A stretch of 64,000 nt of DNA from Thermodesulfobacteriota bacterium. GTDB taxonomy: Bacteria > Desulfobacterota > Desulfarculia > JACQYL01. A program made the position numbers and the translations under genes. Positions within the stretch are counted from its first letter, which is position 1. Each line of letters begins with the position of its first letter. The stretch covers positions 4,000,001-4,064,000 of the forward strand of contig CAXXLZ010000002.1 in NCBI GenBank assembly GCA_963675595.2, in the 5' to 3' direction. The notes under the pieces were generated by a model. That model did not search any database, was not told the origin of the DNA, and worked only from the letters and a program-made list of their open reading frames with translations. This document shows, in pieces, positions 1 to 10,342 of this stretch.

Positions 1-76
1 CATTCCTCGGGCTTTACGCGCCCGCAAGCATTCGACGAGCGGGCAGGCCGTTTCGAATGTCGACAAAATACCCCGG

Positions 77-1309
77 ATGGTGCCTATGATGAGATTCCAT
101 ATTCGATCCTTTTCAACCGTGGCATTGGTCGTTTTTCTCGGGTTGGCATGGTCGGTGCCCTGCATGGCGGCGGACTGGTACGTGTCGCCTCGCCTCAACA
201 TCGAAGAGGAATACGACAATAACATCAATATCAGTGACGACAAAGAGGACGACTTCATAACGCGGATCAAGCCCATGATCAGGGGCGCTTACCGGACGCA
301 ACGATCCGAGGTGTCGCTGACTTCCTTCGCCGAATACGAGAAATTCGCCACCAACTCCAAAGAGGACGGACTCAAGCATGATCACAACTTGATTCTCGAG
401 TACGCGGTTTCGTCTCGATTCAATATACGGATGGGAGGCGTTTTCCGAGAAGACCGGACCCTCGAGACCGAACTGACCGAGGAGGGTCGGTTGGCGAATC
501 GCCAGGATCGACGTCGGTTCGGAGGCAACGTGGGCATGGATTATGTAATCTCTCCAATATTCTTTGTGGCCTTGGATTATCGAAGGTTGTACACGCAGTT
601 TACCGGAGGGGACACCGATCTGGTGGATGACGTGGGAGACGTGATTTCCGTGTCGCCCAATTACATATGGAGTCCCAAACTCACTTTTTCCCTGAATCTC
701 AACTACTCCCGAACCAAGTACGACGATCAGGAATTCGAGCAATACACAGTATCGGATCGTTCGATCGAAAACTACTCAATCATGCCTTCGGCGGTCTACC
801 AGTTTTCGGAAAGGTTTCGCCTATCCGGAGGAATCGGATATCGACATACGAACACGAAACAGAAGACGCGGGCCATCCCTCCCTTCGACCTGATTATACC
901 GGATCAAACGGTGGACGAGGGAACGGATGGTTTCGTGATGAATTTTCTTTTTCACCGCGACTGGAGCCGAAGTTCCCTGGAGTTCGGCGCCTCGAGAGAT
1001 CAGTATTCCACCCTGGACGGCCGCAGCATCGAGCGGGATAGGGTTTTCGTACGAGGCATGTACCGAATGAGTCCGCGTCTGACGACCCGCGGTACCATTG
1101 ATTTCTTTCGGTCAAGTGGGGACCGGGAATCCGACGACAGTACCTACTTCACTTTCTCACCCTCTTTGGACTATCGATTGACACGCACATTTCTGTTAAG
1201 AGGCTTTCTGCGCTATACAATTTATGATTCCGATAGTGTCGATACGGATCGTTTTCAGGGCGGGTTGAGTTTGGCGATGGAGTGGGAAAGGCTGTTCAGC
1301 GGGAATTGA
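77..1309 (+). CDS. Outer-membrane beta-barrel protein, EPS/PEP-CTERM-locus associated
   Basis: Signal peptide (VALVVFLGLAWSVPCMA), EEEYDNNI motif, alternating beta-strand pattern, directly upstream of a chain-length determinant. Start may be ATG 86 or 89. Confidence 0.75.
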   Translation: MVPMMRFHIRSFSTVALVVFLGLAWSVPCMAADWYVSPRLNIEEEYDNNINISDDKEDDFITRIKPMIRGAYRTQRSEVSLTSFAEYEKFATNSKEDGLKHDHNLILEYAVSSRFNIRMGGVFREDRTLETELTEEGRLANRQDRRRFGGNVGMDYVISPIFFVALDYRRLYTQFTGGDTDLVDDVGDVISVSPNYIWSPKLTFSLNLNYSRTKYDDQEFEQYTVSDRSIENYSIMPSAVYQFSERFRLSGGIGYRHTNTKQKTRAIPPFDLIIPDQTVDEGTDGFVMNFLFHRDWSRSSLEFGASRDQYSTLDGRSIERDRVFVRGMYRMSPRLTTRGTIDFFRSSGDRESDDSTYFTFSPSLDYRLTRTFLLRGFLRYTIYDSDSVDTDRFQGGLSLAMEWERLFSGN

Positions 1310-1339
1310 TTCCCATAAACACACCCGGTGGTCGACGTT

Positions 1340-3103
1340 ATGAGCAATCCCAAAAGCATCGATGATTATTTCGCCATTATCCGCAGAAGAATCCACTGGA
1401 TTATTTGGCCGGCACTGCTGATCGCCTTTTCGGGTTTCGCCGTTGCCACCGCTCTGCCCAATATCTACCGTTCGGAAGCGAGAATTCTGATTGAGGGACA
1501 ACAGGTCACCGAGACTCTGGTGCCCACAACGGTTACTTCATTCGTGGATCAGCGGATTCAGTCCATCGTGCAACAGGTGATGAGCCGTTCCAAGGTCCTT
1601 GAAATCATCAAGAAGTTCGACCTTTACAAAGAACAGAGGGATAAACTCACAACGGATGCGCTGGTCGATAAATTCACCGAAGCCATTCAAATCCTTCCCA
1701 TCAGTACGGAGATCAAAACCAGTCAATCCAAGTCGCCTTCGAGCCTCACCATTGCCTTCAGCCTCTCCTTCGAGGCACGTTCTCCCAAAAAGGCGCAACA
1801 GGTCACCAATGAACTGGCATCGTTTTTTCTCGCGCAGAATATCGAGGCCAGGAAAGACACGGCCAAAGGAACCGTGGATTTTCTGTCGATGCAGGTGAAA
1901 ACGACCAAAGCTGAATTGGATCAGCTGCAGGATCAATTCAGTCGATTCAAGGAAGAGCATCTTGAGGAACTTCCTGAGTTCATGAACGTGAATATTCAGA
2001 ATTTGACCCGTCTTGACGGCGAGCTGAACAACGTCAACAGGGAAATTGTCTCCCTGGAGGAACAAAACGTCATCACCAGGAATCAGTTTGCCGCATTGGA
2101 CCCTTATTTGGGAGAAACCAAACGAGTGCTTACCGACGAAGAGCAGTTACAGCAACTGGAGCTCAAGAGGGCGGAGCTCAGGGCAAGATATTCGGATAAG
2201 CACCCTACATTGCGGGCCATTGACAAAGAAATCGAAATCATCGGGTCCACGGCGAGCGGAAGCAAGGGCCTTCAGAACAAGATGGATAGATTGAAGATTC
2301 TCGAACAGGAACTCGCTCAGATGCGATCCAAATACAGCGAACAGCATCCGTCCGTGAAGAAGCTTGTCGGGCAAATCGAAGAGCTGAAACAGGAGATCGA
2401 GAAGCAGCGCAAAGAAATGCCTGCGTCCAAGCAACCCGAGGTAACGGATTCAAAAGAGATCACCAATCCCGCCTATCTTTCCATGAAATCGGAACTGGAG
2501 CGTTCGGAGGTGCGGGTGAAGTTTCTTCGCAAGGAACGGCAGAGAATCTTGACCGAGAGGGAGGAGCTTCAGAACAAGTTGAAGACGATGCCCAACGTGG
2601 AGAAGCAGTATCGGGAATATCAGATGGATTACGAGAACGCGAAAAACCGGTTGAACGAACTACAGCAGAAGCTTCAAGTGGCTAAGATCGCGGAAGGAAT
2701 GGAAGAAGGACAATTGGCGGAGAAGTTCACCCTGATCGAGCCGCCTTACCTACCTGAAGAACCCGACAAACCCAACCGCAAGGCTATTCTCCTCATCGGT
2801 ATTGTTTTGGGCATCGGAGTCGGCTTTGGTTTGGGCTTCTTTCGAGAATACCTCGATCATTCCATACGAACGCCGGAGGAGGTGGAGCAGTACGCCGGAT
2901 ATCCCGTTCTCGCCGTTATCCCTAAAATCGCCTCTCCGAAGGAGGTGCGGAAGCGCCGGAACAGGATCATCGGGGTATCGGTCGCGGCACTAGTCGTCCC
3001 GGCTGCCGGGCTGGCGATATTCCATTATTATGTAATGGACCTCTACGTGTTTTATTACCGGCTGGCCCGCTTTCTGGCGGAGCGGTATTACACTTCCTTT
3101 TAA
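1340..3103 (+). CDS. Polysaccharide chain-length determinant / co-polymerase (GumC/Wzc-N family)
   Basis: N-terminal TM then PNIYRSEARILIE, long coiled coil, YSxxHP motifs, IEPPYLPEEPDKPNR before TM2, DHSIRTPEEVE...PVLAVIP. Confidence 0.88.
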   Translation: MSNPKSIDDYFAIIRRRIHWIIWPALLIAFSGFAVATALPNIYRSEARILIEGQQVTETLVPTTVTSFVDQRIQSIVQQVMSRSKVLEIIKKFDLYKEQRDKLTTDALVDKFTEAIQILPISTEIKTSQSKSPSSLTIAFSLSFEARSPKKAQQVTNELASFFLAQNIEARKDTAKGTVDFLSMQVKTTKAELDQLQDQFSRFKEEHLEELPEFMNVNIQNLTRLDGELNNVNREIVSLEEQNVITRNQFAALDPYLGETKRVLTDEEQLQQLELKRAELRARYSDKHPTLRAIDKEIEIIGSTASGSKGLQNKMDRLKILEQELAQMRSKYSEQHPSVKKLVGQIEELKQEIEKQRKEMPASKQPEVTDSKEITNPAYLSMKSELERSEVRVKFLRKERQRILTEREELQNKLKTMPNVEKQYREYQMDYENAKNRLNELQQKLQVAKIAEGMEEGQLAEKFTLIEPPYLPEEPDKPNRKAILLIGIVLGIGVGFGLGFFREYLDHSIRTPEEVEQYAGYPVLAVIPKIASPKEVRKRRNRIIGVSVAALVVPAAGLAIFHYYVMDLYVFYYRLARFLAERYYTSF

Positions 3104-3115
3104 GGACTCGAGGAC

Positions 3116-4135
3116 ATGAGCCAATTTAAGAAAGCCTTGGAAAAGGCCAAGAAAGCCGGCCAACTGGACAAGGTCAAGTCGCACCCCACCGAAAGCGAAC
3201 GGGCTTCTTCCTACAAATATGTGTCTTTCGATCAGGTGGGGGCCGAGCCGAGCCGAGAAGAGCGGGTCGCCAAGGAAAAAGAGGAAGAGATTTCGGTGCA
3301 GGAAGCGCTTCGGCGGAGCGGGACACCTGCGGAACCTTCCGGTTTGTCCAAGGATGTAGCCCCCTCGGCCCCGAAGGGTGAAATATCCCTTGAGGAGGCC
3401 AAGTACCACTATGCACAAGGCGGCATGGATACGGAATCACATGTCTATTCCCAGACCCGACAGGTTTCGCTGGATCAGGATCTTCTTCTTGATCGGAAAG
3501 TATTTGCCATTCTGGAGCAAAACATCGTCGCGGATCAGTACAAGCTGCTCAGAACCATGATGCTGCACAGGATGCGTCCTTTGGGGCATAACACCATCGT
3601 AGTGACCAGCTCAAAGGAGCGGGAAGGCAAGACACTCACCGTTGTGAATCTCGGAATCACGATTGCCAGGGAAACGCGTCAGACCGTTATGCTGGTGGAT
3701 CTGGACTTGAGGCAACCCATGATTCACTCTTACCTGGGTATCAACATATCCCCGGGAATCCGGGACTATTTCTCCGATGATGTCCCCCTCAAGGACATGC
3801 TCGTGAATCCCGGAATCGAGAGCCTCACCGTGGTCCCGGCGGGGGGCAGGATGCCGAACTCCACGGAGATCATCGGCTCTTACCGGATGGAGCTGATGGT
3901 CAACGAGATCAAGAACCGCTATCCGGACCGATACGTCATTTTCGACACGCCGCCCCTCGCCAGTTGTCCGGACGCCATCGTTCTCGCGAGTTACGTGGAT
4001 ACCCTTCTTCTTGTGGCAAGGTCCGATTACACCACGGGCGCCGATTTGACGAAATCGGTGGGGCTCCTAAAAGGCGTGAATATCGCGGGCGTTGTTTTCA
4101 ACGAGGGAAAAGTAAGTCGTCAGTGGGCCTACTGA
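3116..4135 (+). CDS. CpsD/CapB-family bacterial tyrosine kinase
   Basis: Walker A SSKEREGKT, Walker A' LVDLDLRQP, Walker B VIFDTPP, GVVFN; follows the co-polymerase. Confidence 0.88.
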   Translation: MSQFKKALEKAKKAGQLDKVKSHPTESERASSYKYVSFDQVGAEPSREERVAKEKEEEISVQEALRRSGTPAEPSGLSKDVAPSAPKGEISLEEAKYHYAQGGMDTESHVYSQTRQVSLDQDLLLDRKVFAILEQNIVADQYKLLRTMMLHRMRPLGHNTIVVTSSKEREGKTLTVVNLGITIARETRQTVMLVDLDLRQPMIHSYLGINISPGIRDYFSDDVPLKDMLVNPGIESLTVVPAGGRMPNSTEIIGSYRMELMVNEIKNRYPDRYVIFDTPPLASCPDAIVLASYVDTLLLVARSDYTTGADLTKSVGLLKGVNIAGVVFNEGKVSRQWAY

Positions 4136-4188
4136 CCCGGCACCTCCTTGTCTTATTCCCCGATTTATTGAGCACGGAAAGAAGTCGC

Positions 4189-5364
4189 ATGTACCTTGAA
4201 TACTATGGCCTTGAGATGAAGCCTTTCGACTTGCTGCCGGACCCGCGTTTTCTCTACATCAGCAAGGGGCACGATGTGGCGCTTTCCCACCTTGAGTACG
4301 GCATTCTGGACAACAAAGGACTCATCGCTCTGACGGGAGATGTGGGAACCGGGAAAACGACACTGCTCAATTACCTTCTTCAGAAGGTCGAAGGTGAAGT
4401 CGATTGGGCCTTTGTGCTCAATCCTCAACTCACGCCTTCGGATTTCATGCGAGTCGTCCTGCGTCACTTCGGCCGGCCACAAACCGATTCGACCGCAGTC
4501 GACCTTTATGAGCGCCTCCATCAGTTCCTGCTTCGCCAGCATTTTTCCGGGCGCCGATCCATTCTCGTCATTGATGAAGCGCAGACCATGCCTATCGATA
4601 CCTTGGAGAGCGCACGAACTCTGTCCAATCTGGAAACGCAGGAAAGCCATTTGATTCAGATCATTCTCGCGGGGCAGCCCCAGTTGAGAACTCGTCTCCA
4701 AGACCCGGAGCTCGCGCAACTCGCGCAGCGCATTTCAGTCAGCTACCATCTGTCACCTCTGGATATGGAAGAAACCCTGCGCTATATCGACCACCGGCTG
4801 GAAGTGGCCGGATACGAGAGGGCGACGCCGTTGTTTGATGACGGCGCCTTGGAAGCGGTATTCGAAGGATCTCGCGGCATACCTCGTTTGATAAACCTGA
4901 TCTGCGACACGGCGCTTATGTATGGATATGCGGACGATTTGGCATCCGTGGATGCGGGGGTGGTGGAACGGGTCCTGAAAGATCGCAATATCGGATGGGG
5001 GGCTCATCCGTCGAGTGACGCTCCGGGCGGGCGAGGAAGCGTCACGAATGTTGAATTCCTTTCCGACGTGAGCAAGCTCAGGGCAAGAATCCTGGAGTTG
5101 GAGGAAGACAACCGAGAATTGAGGCTGAAACTTCAAAGGTCCTTTGAAGAATACGGGCGACTGGCGGCGCTGTACAAGGAACGGAAGAGGAAGGGTGACG
5201 CCTTGATGGGGCACTACTCGAAACTCTGGAAGCGGCATGAGGACTTGAAAGGGGCGGTGGAGGAACTGAAAGGAGCATTGCGGTCCGGGAAAAGGGCCGG
5301 CGGGGAAGCATCATCATGGGACGGCCGGGCGGATTCGCGAATGGACGAAGGACGCGACGACTGA
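4189..5364 (+). CDS. ExeA/GspA-family AAA ATPase with C-terminal coiled coil
   Basis: MYLEYYGL..KPF..PDPRFLY start, GDVGTGKT, ILVIDEAQ, LAGQPQL, GIPRLINLICD. Confidence 0.88.
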   Translation: MYLEYYGLEMKPFDLLPDPRFLYISKGHDVALSHLEYGILDNKGLIALTGDVGTGKTTLLNYLLQKVEGEVDWAFVLNPQLTPSDFMRVVLRHFGRPQTDSTAVDLYERLHQFLLRQHFSGRRSILVIDEAQTMPIDTLESARTLSNLETQESHLIQIILAGQPQLRTRLQDPELAQLAQRISVSYHLSPLDMEETLRYIDHRLEVAGYERATPLFDDGALEAVFEGSRGIPRLINLICDTALMYGYADDLASVDAGVVERVLKDRNIGWGAHPSSDAPGGRGSVTNVEFLSDVSKLRARILELEEDNRELRLKLQRSFEEYGRLAALYKERKRKGDALMGHYSKLWKRHEDLKGAVEELKGALRSGKRAGGEASSWDGRADSRMDEGRDD

Positions 5365-5431
5365 CCGTTACTTTTTCCGGGAACCCCTGCTTTCGGCACG
5401 AAGCCGAACCTTATCGACGAGCCCCGCCTCT

Positions 5432-7861
5432 TTAATCGAAGCACGAGGAATCGTCTGCATCGCATCCCACGAAATCCAACTCCACATGGAAGTTTGAGCC
5501 TTTCCCCGGCTCGCTGTCCGCCCACATCTTTCCCCCGAGGAGTTGGGTCAGCCTCAGGGCGATACTGAGGCCGAGTCCCAGCCCGCCGAATTTCCGAGTA
5601 CTTGAGCCGTCGCCCTGGGTAAGTCCCCCAAAAATGAGCTTCAGATTTTCCCGGGAGATGCCGACACCGCTGTCCCTGATCTGAAAATGGAGTCGGACCT
5701 TGTTCTCATCCCGACTCGTGCAGCTCACGGAGATATCCACCGAACCTTTTTCCGTAAACTTCACTGCGTTATAGAGTAGTTTTTCGATCAGGACCGACAG
5801 CTTTTTGAGATCGCCCAGAAGAATGGGAGGAATGTCCGGGGATACCGACGTATTGATCGAGATGCCTTTGAGTCGGGCTTCGTGATCCACCCGGTGCGCC
5901 AACCCGGCAAGCACTGAATGAACGTCGAAAGGCTGTAACTGAACCCCTATCTTTCCGGCTTCCAGATGGCTTAACTCGATCAGGTCGTTGATCATATCGA
6001 GCAGCGAGTGAGCCGAGTCTTGGGCCAATTGGAGCAACTCTCGTTGGTCCGGGGTAAGCCGGGCTTCAAGAATCAGGTCGATCACGCCCATGACGTGGTT
6101 CATGGGAGTCCGAAATTCATGGCTGATGTTGGCCAAGAACTCATTCTTTGCTCGATTGGACGACTCAGCCGCGTCTTTGGCCCGAATGAGGGATTCTTCC
6201 GCTTCCTTTTTCAGAGTGACGTCTTCCGTGATTCCTGCGACTCGATAAGGCTGTCCCGATTCGCCCAATACGGGAAAAGCCCTATCCTGAATCCAACGGA
6301 TCGTGCCGTCCGGACGGCGGATTCGATAAGTTTCATCATACCTGCCCTCGACCTGAAGATTGACGGCCGATTCGCGCACCCGTTCCCGGTCCTCGGGCAC
6401 AACAGCGTCAAGCCAGGAAGCCGGATTCGCATACAGGCTGTCGACCGAACGGCCCCATATCCGTTCATAGGCGGGCGACACATAAATCGTCCGGTTATTT
6501 TTCAAACTCGTCAGCCAGAACACTTGCTCGATGTTTTCCGCAAGTTGGCGGAATCGCTCTTCACTTTCGCGCAGAGCCTTTTCAGACTCTTTGCGTGCGG
6601 TGATATCTTCGGCGAAACCTTCCAGGATGGTGGATTTTCCTTCCGAATCTCTGACGAACCTCAGTTGGAGCAGGGCGGACCAGACTTCTCCGTTTTTTCG
6701 GAGCAACTCCACCTCCGCGCTGTGGACTCCTTTCTTCTCCGAAATTCTTAGGATCATTTCCCGTCGTTGTTCAGGATCGTCATAAACCTGTTGGGCAATA
6801 TCCTTGATTTCGCTTATGACCTCCTCCGGCCCTGAGTAGCCCAGCATGGTTGCGAAGGCCGGGTTAACGTTAAGGAACTTTCCCTGAAGTGTTGTCTGGA
6901 ATATCCCCACGGCGCCGTATTCAAAGAGGGAGCGGTACTTCTCCTCGGATCGGCGGAGAGCCTCTTCGGCTCGTTTTCGTTCACTAATATCCCGATAGAC
7001 AAAAAAGAACGTGGTCTTTCCGCCCATATCCATCGATCGTGCGCTGATTTCCACCGGAACTTGTCGTCCATCGGGACGCAATACCAGAGTCTCCATCCGG
7101 GCAACTCGCCCGGTTCGGTTTTGGACGCGAAGGGGATCAAGAAATTCTCGTTGAATTCTCTCTCGTTCGTCCTCAGGATGGATTTCGGATTGATGTAAGC
7201 CTACGATATCGTCGTAGGAGCTCTCCAGGAGTTGAACGGCGGTGGGGTTGAGATGAAGGATGCTCAATGTGACCGGGTCCGTCAGGAAGAGGGCGTCGGG
7301 CGCTTCGTCGAAAACGGTACGGTATCGCCTTTCCGCTTCATACAATCGACGTTCGATTTGTGCGCGCTTCTTGATTTCGTTGACCAGTTGTTCGTTCGTC
7401 TTTTTCAGCTCGGCCGTGCGCTCTTCCACCCTCCGTTCCAGATTGGCGGACAGTTCACGATTTTCGGCCTGGAGTCTCTGTTTCTCCAGAGCACTTTCGA
7501 CCACGTTCAGGAGTTCGGTTTGTCCCGACAAAGGTTTGGTGAGGTAGTGGAAAGCACCGGCTTCCCTTAAACTGCTCACAGCTTCCTGAACACCGCCGAG
7601 TCCGGAAAGAACTATGAACTGGATGTCCGGGTCCAATTGCCGAATTTCCCGCATGAGCTCGAGACCGTTCATGCCCGGCATGACCAGGTCGGTGATCACC
7701 AAATGGAAGGAGTGGGAAGAGAACAAGTTCAGGGCCTGGAGGCCGTCGTCGGCGGTCTCCACTTCGAACCCTCGTTGAGAAAGTATGTTCCGTAAATACC
7801 TTCTCGGTTCGATCTCGTCGTCAATTACAAGGATTCGAGGGCGCAACGAGCACTTCCCCAT
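5432..7861 (-). CDS. Hybrid sensor histidine kinase (REC-PAS-PAS-PAS-HisKA-HATPase)
   Basis: ILVIDDE/ITDLVMPG receiver, three PAS/PAC repeats ending DISERK/DITARK/DVTLKK, ISHEFRTPMN H-box, NAVKFT, DSGVG, GLGLGL. Alternative TTG start at 7885. Confidence 0.92.
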   Translation of the reverse strand: MGKCSLRPRILVIDDEIEPRRYLRNILSQRGFEVETADDGLQALNLFSSHSFHLVITDLVMPGMNGLELMREIRQLDPDIQFIVLSGLGGVQEAVSSLREAGAFHYLTKPLSGQTELLNVVESALEKQRLQAENRELSANLERRVEERTAELKKTNEQLVNEIKKRAQIERRLYEAERRYRTVFDEAPDALFLTDPVTLSILHLNPTAVQLLESSYDDIVGLHQSEIHPEDERERIQREFLDPLRVQNRTGRVARMETLVLRPDGRQVPVEISARSMDMGGKTTFFFVYRDISERKRAEEALRRSEEKYRSLFEYGAVGIFQTTLQGKFLNVNPAFATMLGYSGPEEVISEIKDIAQQVYDDPEQRREMILRISEKKGVHSAEVELLRKNGEVWSALLQLRFVRDSEGKSTILEGFAEDITARKESEKALRESEERFRQLAENIEQVFWLTSLKNNRTIYVSPAYERIWGRSVDSLYANPASWLDAVVPEDRERVRESAVNLQVEGRYDETYRIRRPDGTIRWIQDRAFPVLGESGQPYRVAGITEDVTLKKEAEESLIRAKDAAESSNRAKNEFLANISHEFRTPMNHVMGVIDLILEARLTPDQRELLQLAQDSAHSLLDMINDLIELSHLEAGKIGVQLQPFDVHSVLAGLAHRVDHEARLKGISINTSVSPDIPPILLGDLKKLSVLIEKLLYNAVKFTEKGSVDISVSCTSRDENKVRLHFQIRDSGVGISRENLKLIFGGLTQGDGSSTRKFGGLGLGLSIALRLTQLLGGKMWADSEPGKGSNFHVELDFVGCDADDSSCFD

Positions 7862-8238
7862 CGGTTTCCCCGACCCTTGGGGCAATGGTGGCGAAGCGCA
7901 TTACCCTAAGCGTGAGTCGCCGGGAAACCGACTCAATCTTGTTTAAGAGAATGTTACGATTGTATCCTTTCGTTTGATATGTTTCCAATCGTATTTGCCG
8001 GTTTTCCGTCGTGAACACCTTGGGTTACCGGCTCATTGATATCTGAACGCGCAAGACCGCATGTGCGGGCCCTTATGTAATCGATGGGCGTCCGTTACCG
8101 CTTCAATGGGATGTCCTTCGCGATTGAAGTGTCGGAACTTCGGGAGTCGACGAGAAGCATACTTGGATTCTTCGTGGACATCCGTCACGCTTGGCAGTAT
8201 ATTGATTGCACGATTTCCAAGGCAGGAGGTTTCAGACC

Positions 8239-8985
8239 ATGACGAAGATAATTTTGCTCCGACACGGCGAGAGCGTTTGGAACCTGGAGAACCGGTTTAC
8301 CGGTTGGACCGACGTGGACTTGTCGGAAAGGGGCCTGAAAGAAGCCCATGAAGCAGGGAAAACCCTGCTGGCCGAAGGTTATGTGTTCGACGTGGCCTTC
8401 ACGTCCGTGCTCAAACGAGCCATCCGCACTTTGTGGATCGTCATGGACGAGATGGACCTCATGTGGGTTCCGGTGGAGCGTTGCTGGAGACTCAACGAGA
8501 GGCATTACGGAGCGTTGCAGGGCTTCAATAAAGCCGATACCGCGGAAAAGTACGGTATGGAGCAGGTGCATTTGTGGCGTAGGAGCTACGACGTGCCTCC
8601 CCCTGAGTTGGAGGAGACGGATCCCCGACATCCGGGCCGGGATCCCAGGTACGCGAACCTGGAAAAGAAGGACATTCCCGCGTCCGAATCCCTCAAGACC
8701 ACGTTGGACCGGGTGCTTCCCTACTGGCACGAAACCATCGCGCCCACGGTGGCGCAGGGCAAACGGGTTCTGCTGGCCGCCCACGGCAACAGTCTCCGAG
8801 CGCTGGTGAAATATCTGGACAACATTCCGGATGAGGAAATCGTGGGTTTGAACATTCCCACCGGAATTCCATTGGTTTATGAGCTTGATGGGGACCTTCG
8901 ACCCATACGGCATTACTACCTGGGGGATCAGGAAGCCGTAGCCAAGGCCACAGCTTCGGTGGCCGGACAGTTGAAGAAGAAATAG
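8239..8985 (+). CDS. gpmA: 2,3-bisphosphoglycerate-dependent phosphoglycerate mutase
   Basis: [41 protein letters not shown]; RBS AGGAGG upstream. Confidence 0.97.
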   Translation: MTKIILLRHGESVWNLENRFTGWTDVDLSERGLKEAHEAGKTLLAEGYVFDVAFTSVLKRAIRTLWIVMDEMDLMWVPVERCWRLNERHYGALQGFNKADTAEKYGMEQVHLWRRSYDVPPPELEETDPRHPGRDPRYANLEKKDIPASESLKTTLDRVLPYWHETIAPTVAQGKRVLLAAHGNSLRALVKYLDNIPDEEIVGLNIPTGIPLVYELDGDLRPIRHYYLGDQEAVAKATASVAGQLKKK

Positions 8986-9021
8986 AGCTTCTCTTATTTC
9001 CTTGAAAATACATGATTATTT

Positions 9022-9056
9022 GGGGACACCCCATCTCCGATGTGCGGGGTGTCCCC
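9022..9056. terminator. GC-rich hairpin between convergent genes
   Basis: GGGGACACCCC...GGGGTGTCCCC 11-bp inverted repeat; no long U tract. Confidence 0.5.
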
Positions 9057-9082
9057 GAGGTTTCCCCGGACCAAATCTCGTT

Positions 9083-9316
9083 CTAATCCGAACTTTTGCC
9101 TTCCTTGAATTCCCGGGCCGCATGTTTGGCTTCTTCCCAGATGTTGCGGCCCCGTTTCTTCAGAATCTTGTTGGCCTCGTCAACGGTGGAAGTGCAGATT
9201 TGATCGAGGGTCTTTTCGTCCGGGAGCGGTTTGCCCTCTTTTTGGAGTTTCCACCGGACCAGGGACTTGGCCGCCTGTTTCTGACCGGCGAAAAGCAGGT
9301 CCGAAAGCTTGCCCAT
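9083..9316 (-). CDS. Small hypothetical protein (77 aa, basic, helical)
   Basis: Strong RBS AAAGGAGG before ATG; fills an otherwise empty gap; MGKLSDLLF... Confidence 0.65.
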   Translation of the reverse strand: MGKLSDLLFAGQKQAAKSLVRWKLQKEGKPLPDEKTLDQICTSTVDEANKILKKRGRNIWEEAKHAAREFKEGKSSD

Positions 9317-9565
9317 AATGCTCCTCCTTTTCTTCGCCCGCATTGTATCGTTTCCGGGTTCCAAGATAAACCCGTCGGGTTCGCGTGAGCCTGTCGGCAC
9401 ATGTCGGGCAAGGGAGGCGGCGTCCGGTCTTTTCAATCGTCCAAGACGCGGGCGCTGGGACAAATGAATACGGGCCGACCCGATAAACCGTGCCGGTTGA
9501 CGGGCGGTCCCGTTTGCTTTACGTAATCAGGCATTGTGTGAAAGGAATTGGTAAAGACGACGAAC

Positions 9566-10342
9566 ATGGAACAATGGATCGACACACACGCCCATCTGGA
9601 CATGGAACCTTTCCTGGAGGATTTGGAACAGGTCATCGACAGAGCCCGGATGACGGGCGTCAAAGGAATCATTTCAGTGGGCTCGGATATTGCCTCAAGT
9701 AAAAGGGCCGTAAGCATCGCCGGACAATACGGTATGGTCAAAGCGGCAGTGGGAGTGCATCCTCATGAGGCCTGCAAGGGCGGCCGGACGGAAGAACTGG
9801 AACGCCTGCTGAAGGAGGCCGAGGTTCTGGCCGTCGGCGAGATGGGATTGGATTATTTCTACAACCATTCCGAGCGGGAGGAACAGCTTGAAGTGTTCCG
9901 GATGCAGGTGGAACTGGCCGGCGACGTCGGGAAACCAATCATCGTGCACGTGAGGGACGCTCATGACGACGCCGTGGAAATCCTCCGCGGCGCGGGGAAT
10001 GGGAAGGTGCGCGGAGTGATTCACTGTTTCACCGGCGGTCCCGAGGACCTGCACTCCTACCTGGAAATGGGATTCTATATTTCCTTCGCCGGTATCGTCA
10101 CATTCAAGAAGGCATCCGAGCTCCGCGATGCTGCGGCCATGGTCCCGATGGATCGCTTGCTCGTGGAAACGGATGCGCCTTACTTGGCTCCGGTTCCCAT
10201 GCGAGGCAAACGCAATGAGCCGGCGTTCGTGGTCCATACGGGAGCAGCCTTGGCGGAAGTGCTCGGCGTTTCCTCCGAGGAACTTGCGAGCCGAACTACG
10301 GCCAACGCGGATTCACTCTTCAAACCGGGGTCATGGGCGTGA
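9566..10342 (+). CDS. tatD: TatD-family metal-dependent DNase
   Basis: DTHAH, GVHPH, VGEMGLD, HVR, HCF, ETDAP. Alternative TTG start at 9548. Confidence 0.93.
   Translation: MEQWIDTHAHLDMEPFLEDLEQVIDRARMTGVKGIISVGSDIASSKRAVSIAGQYGMVKAAVGVHPHEACKGGRTEELERLLKEAEVLAVGEMGLDYFYNHSEREEQLEVFRMQVELAGDVGKPIIVHVRDAHDDAVEILRGAGNGKVRGVIHCFTGGPEDLHSYLEMGFYISFAGIVTFKKASELRDAAAMVPMDRLLVETDAPYLAPVPMRGKRNEPAFVVHTGAALAEVLGVSSEELASRTTANADSLFKPGSWA

Noticed and set aside
3964-4188. N-terminal extensions in the ORF track (also for thiolase, deacetylase, waaF, waaA, lpxB, rhodanese)
   Set aside because: They overlap upstream genes or lack family similarity; downstream starts with an RBS or translational coupling fit better
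8191-8210. TTGGCA...TTGCA resembling a sigma54 promoter for gpmA
   Set aside because: The GG-to-GC spacing is not the required 10 nt
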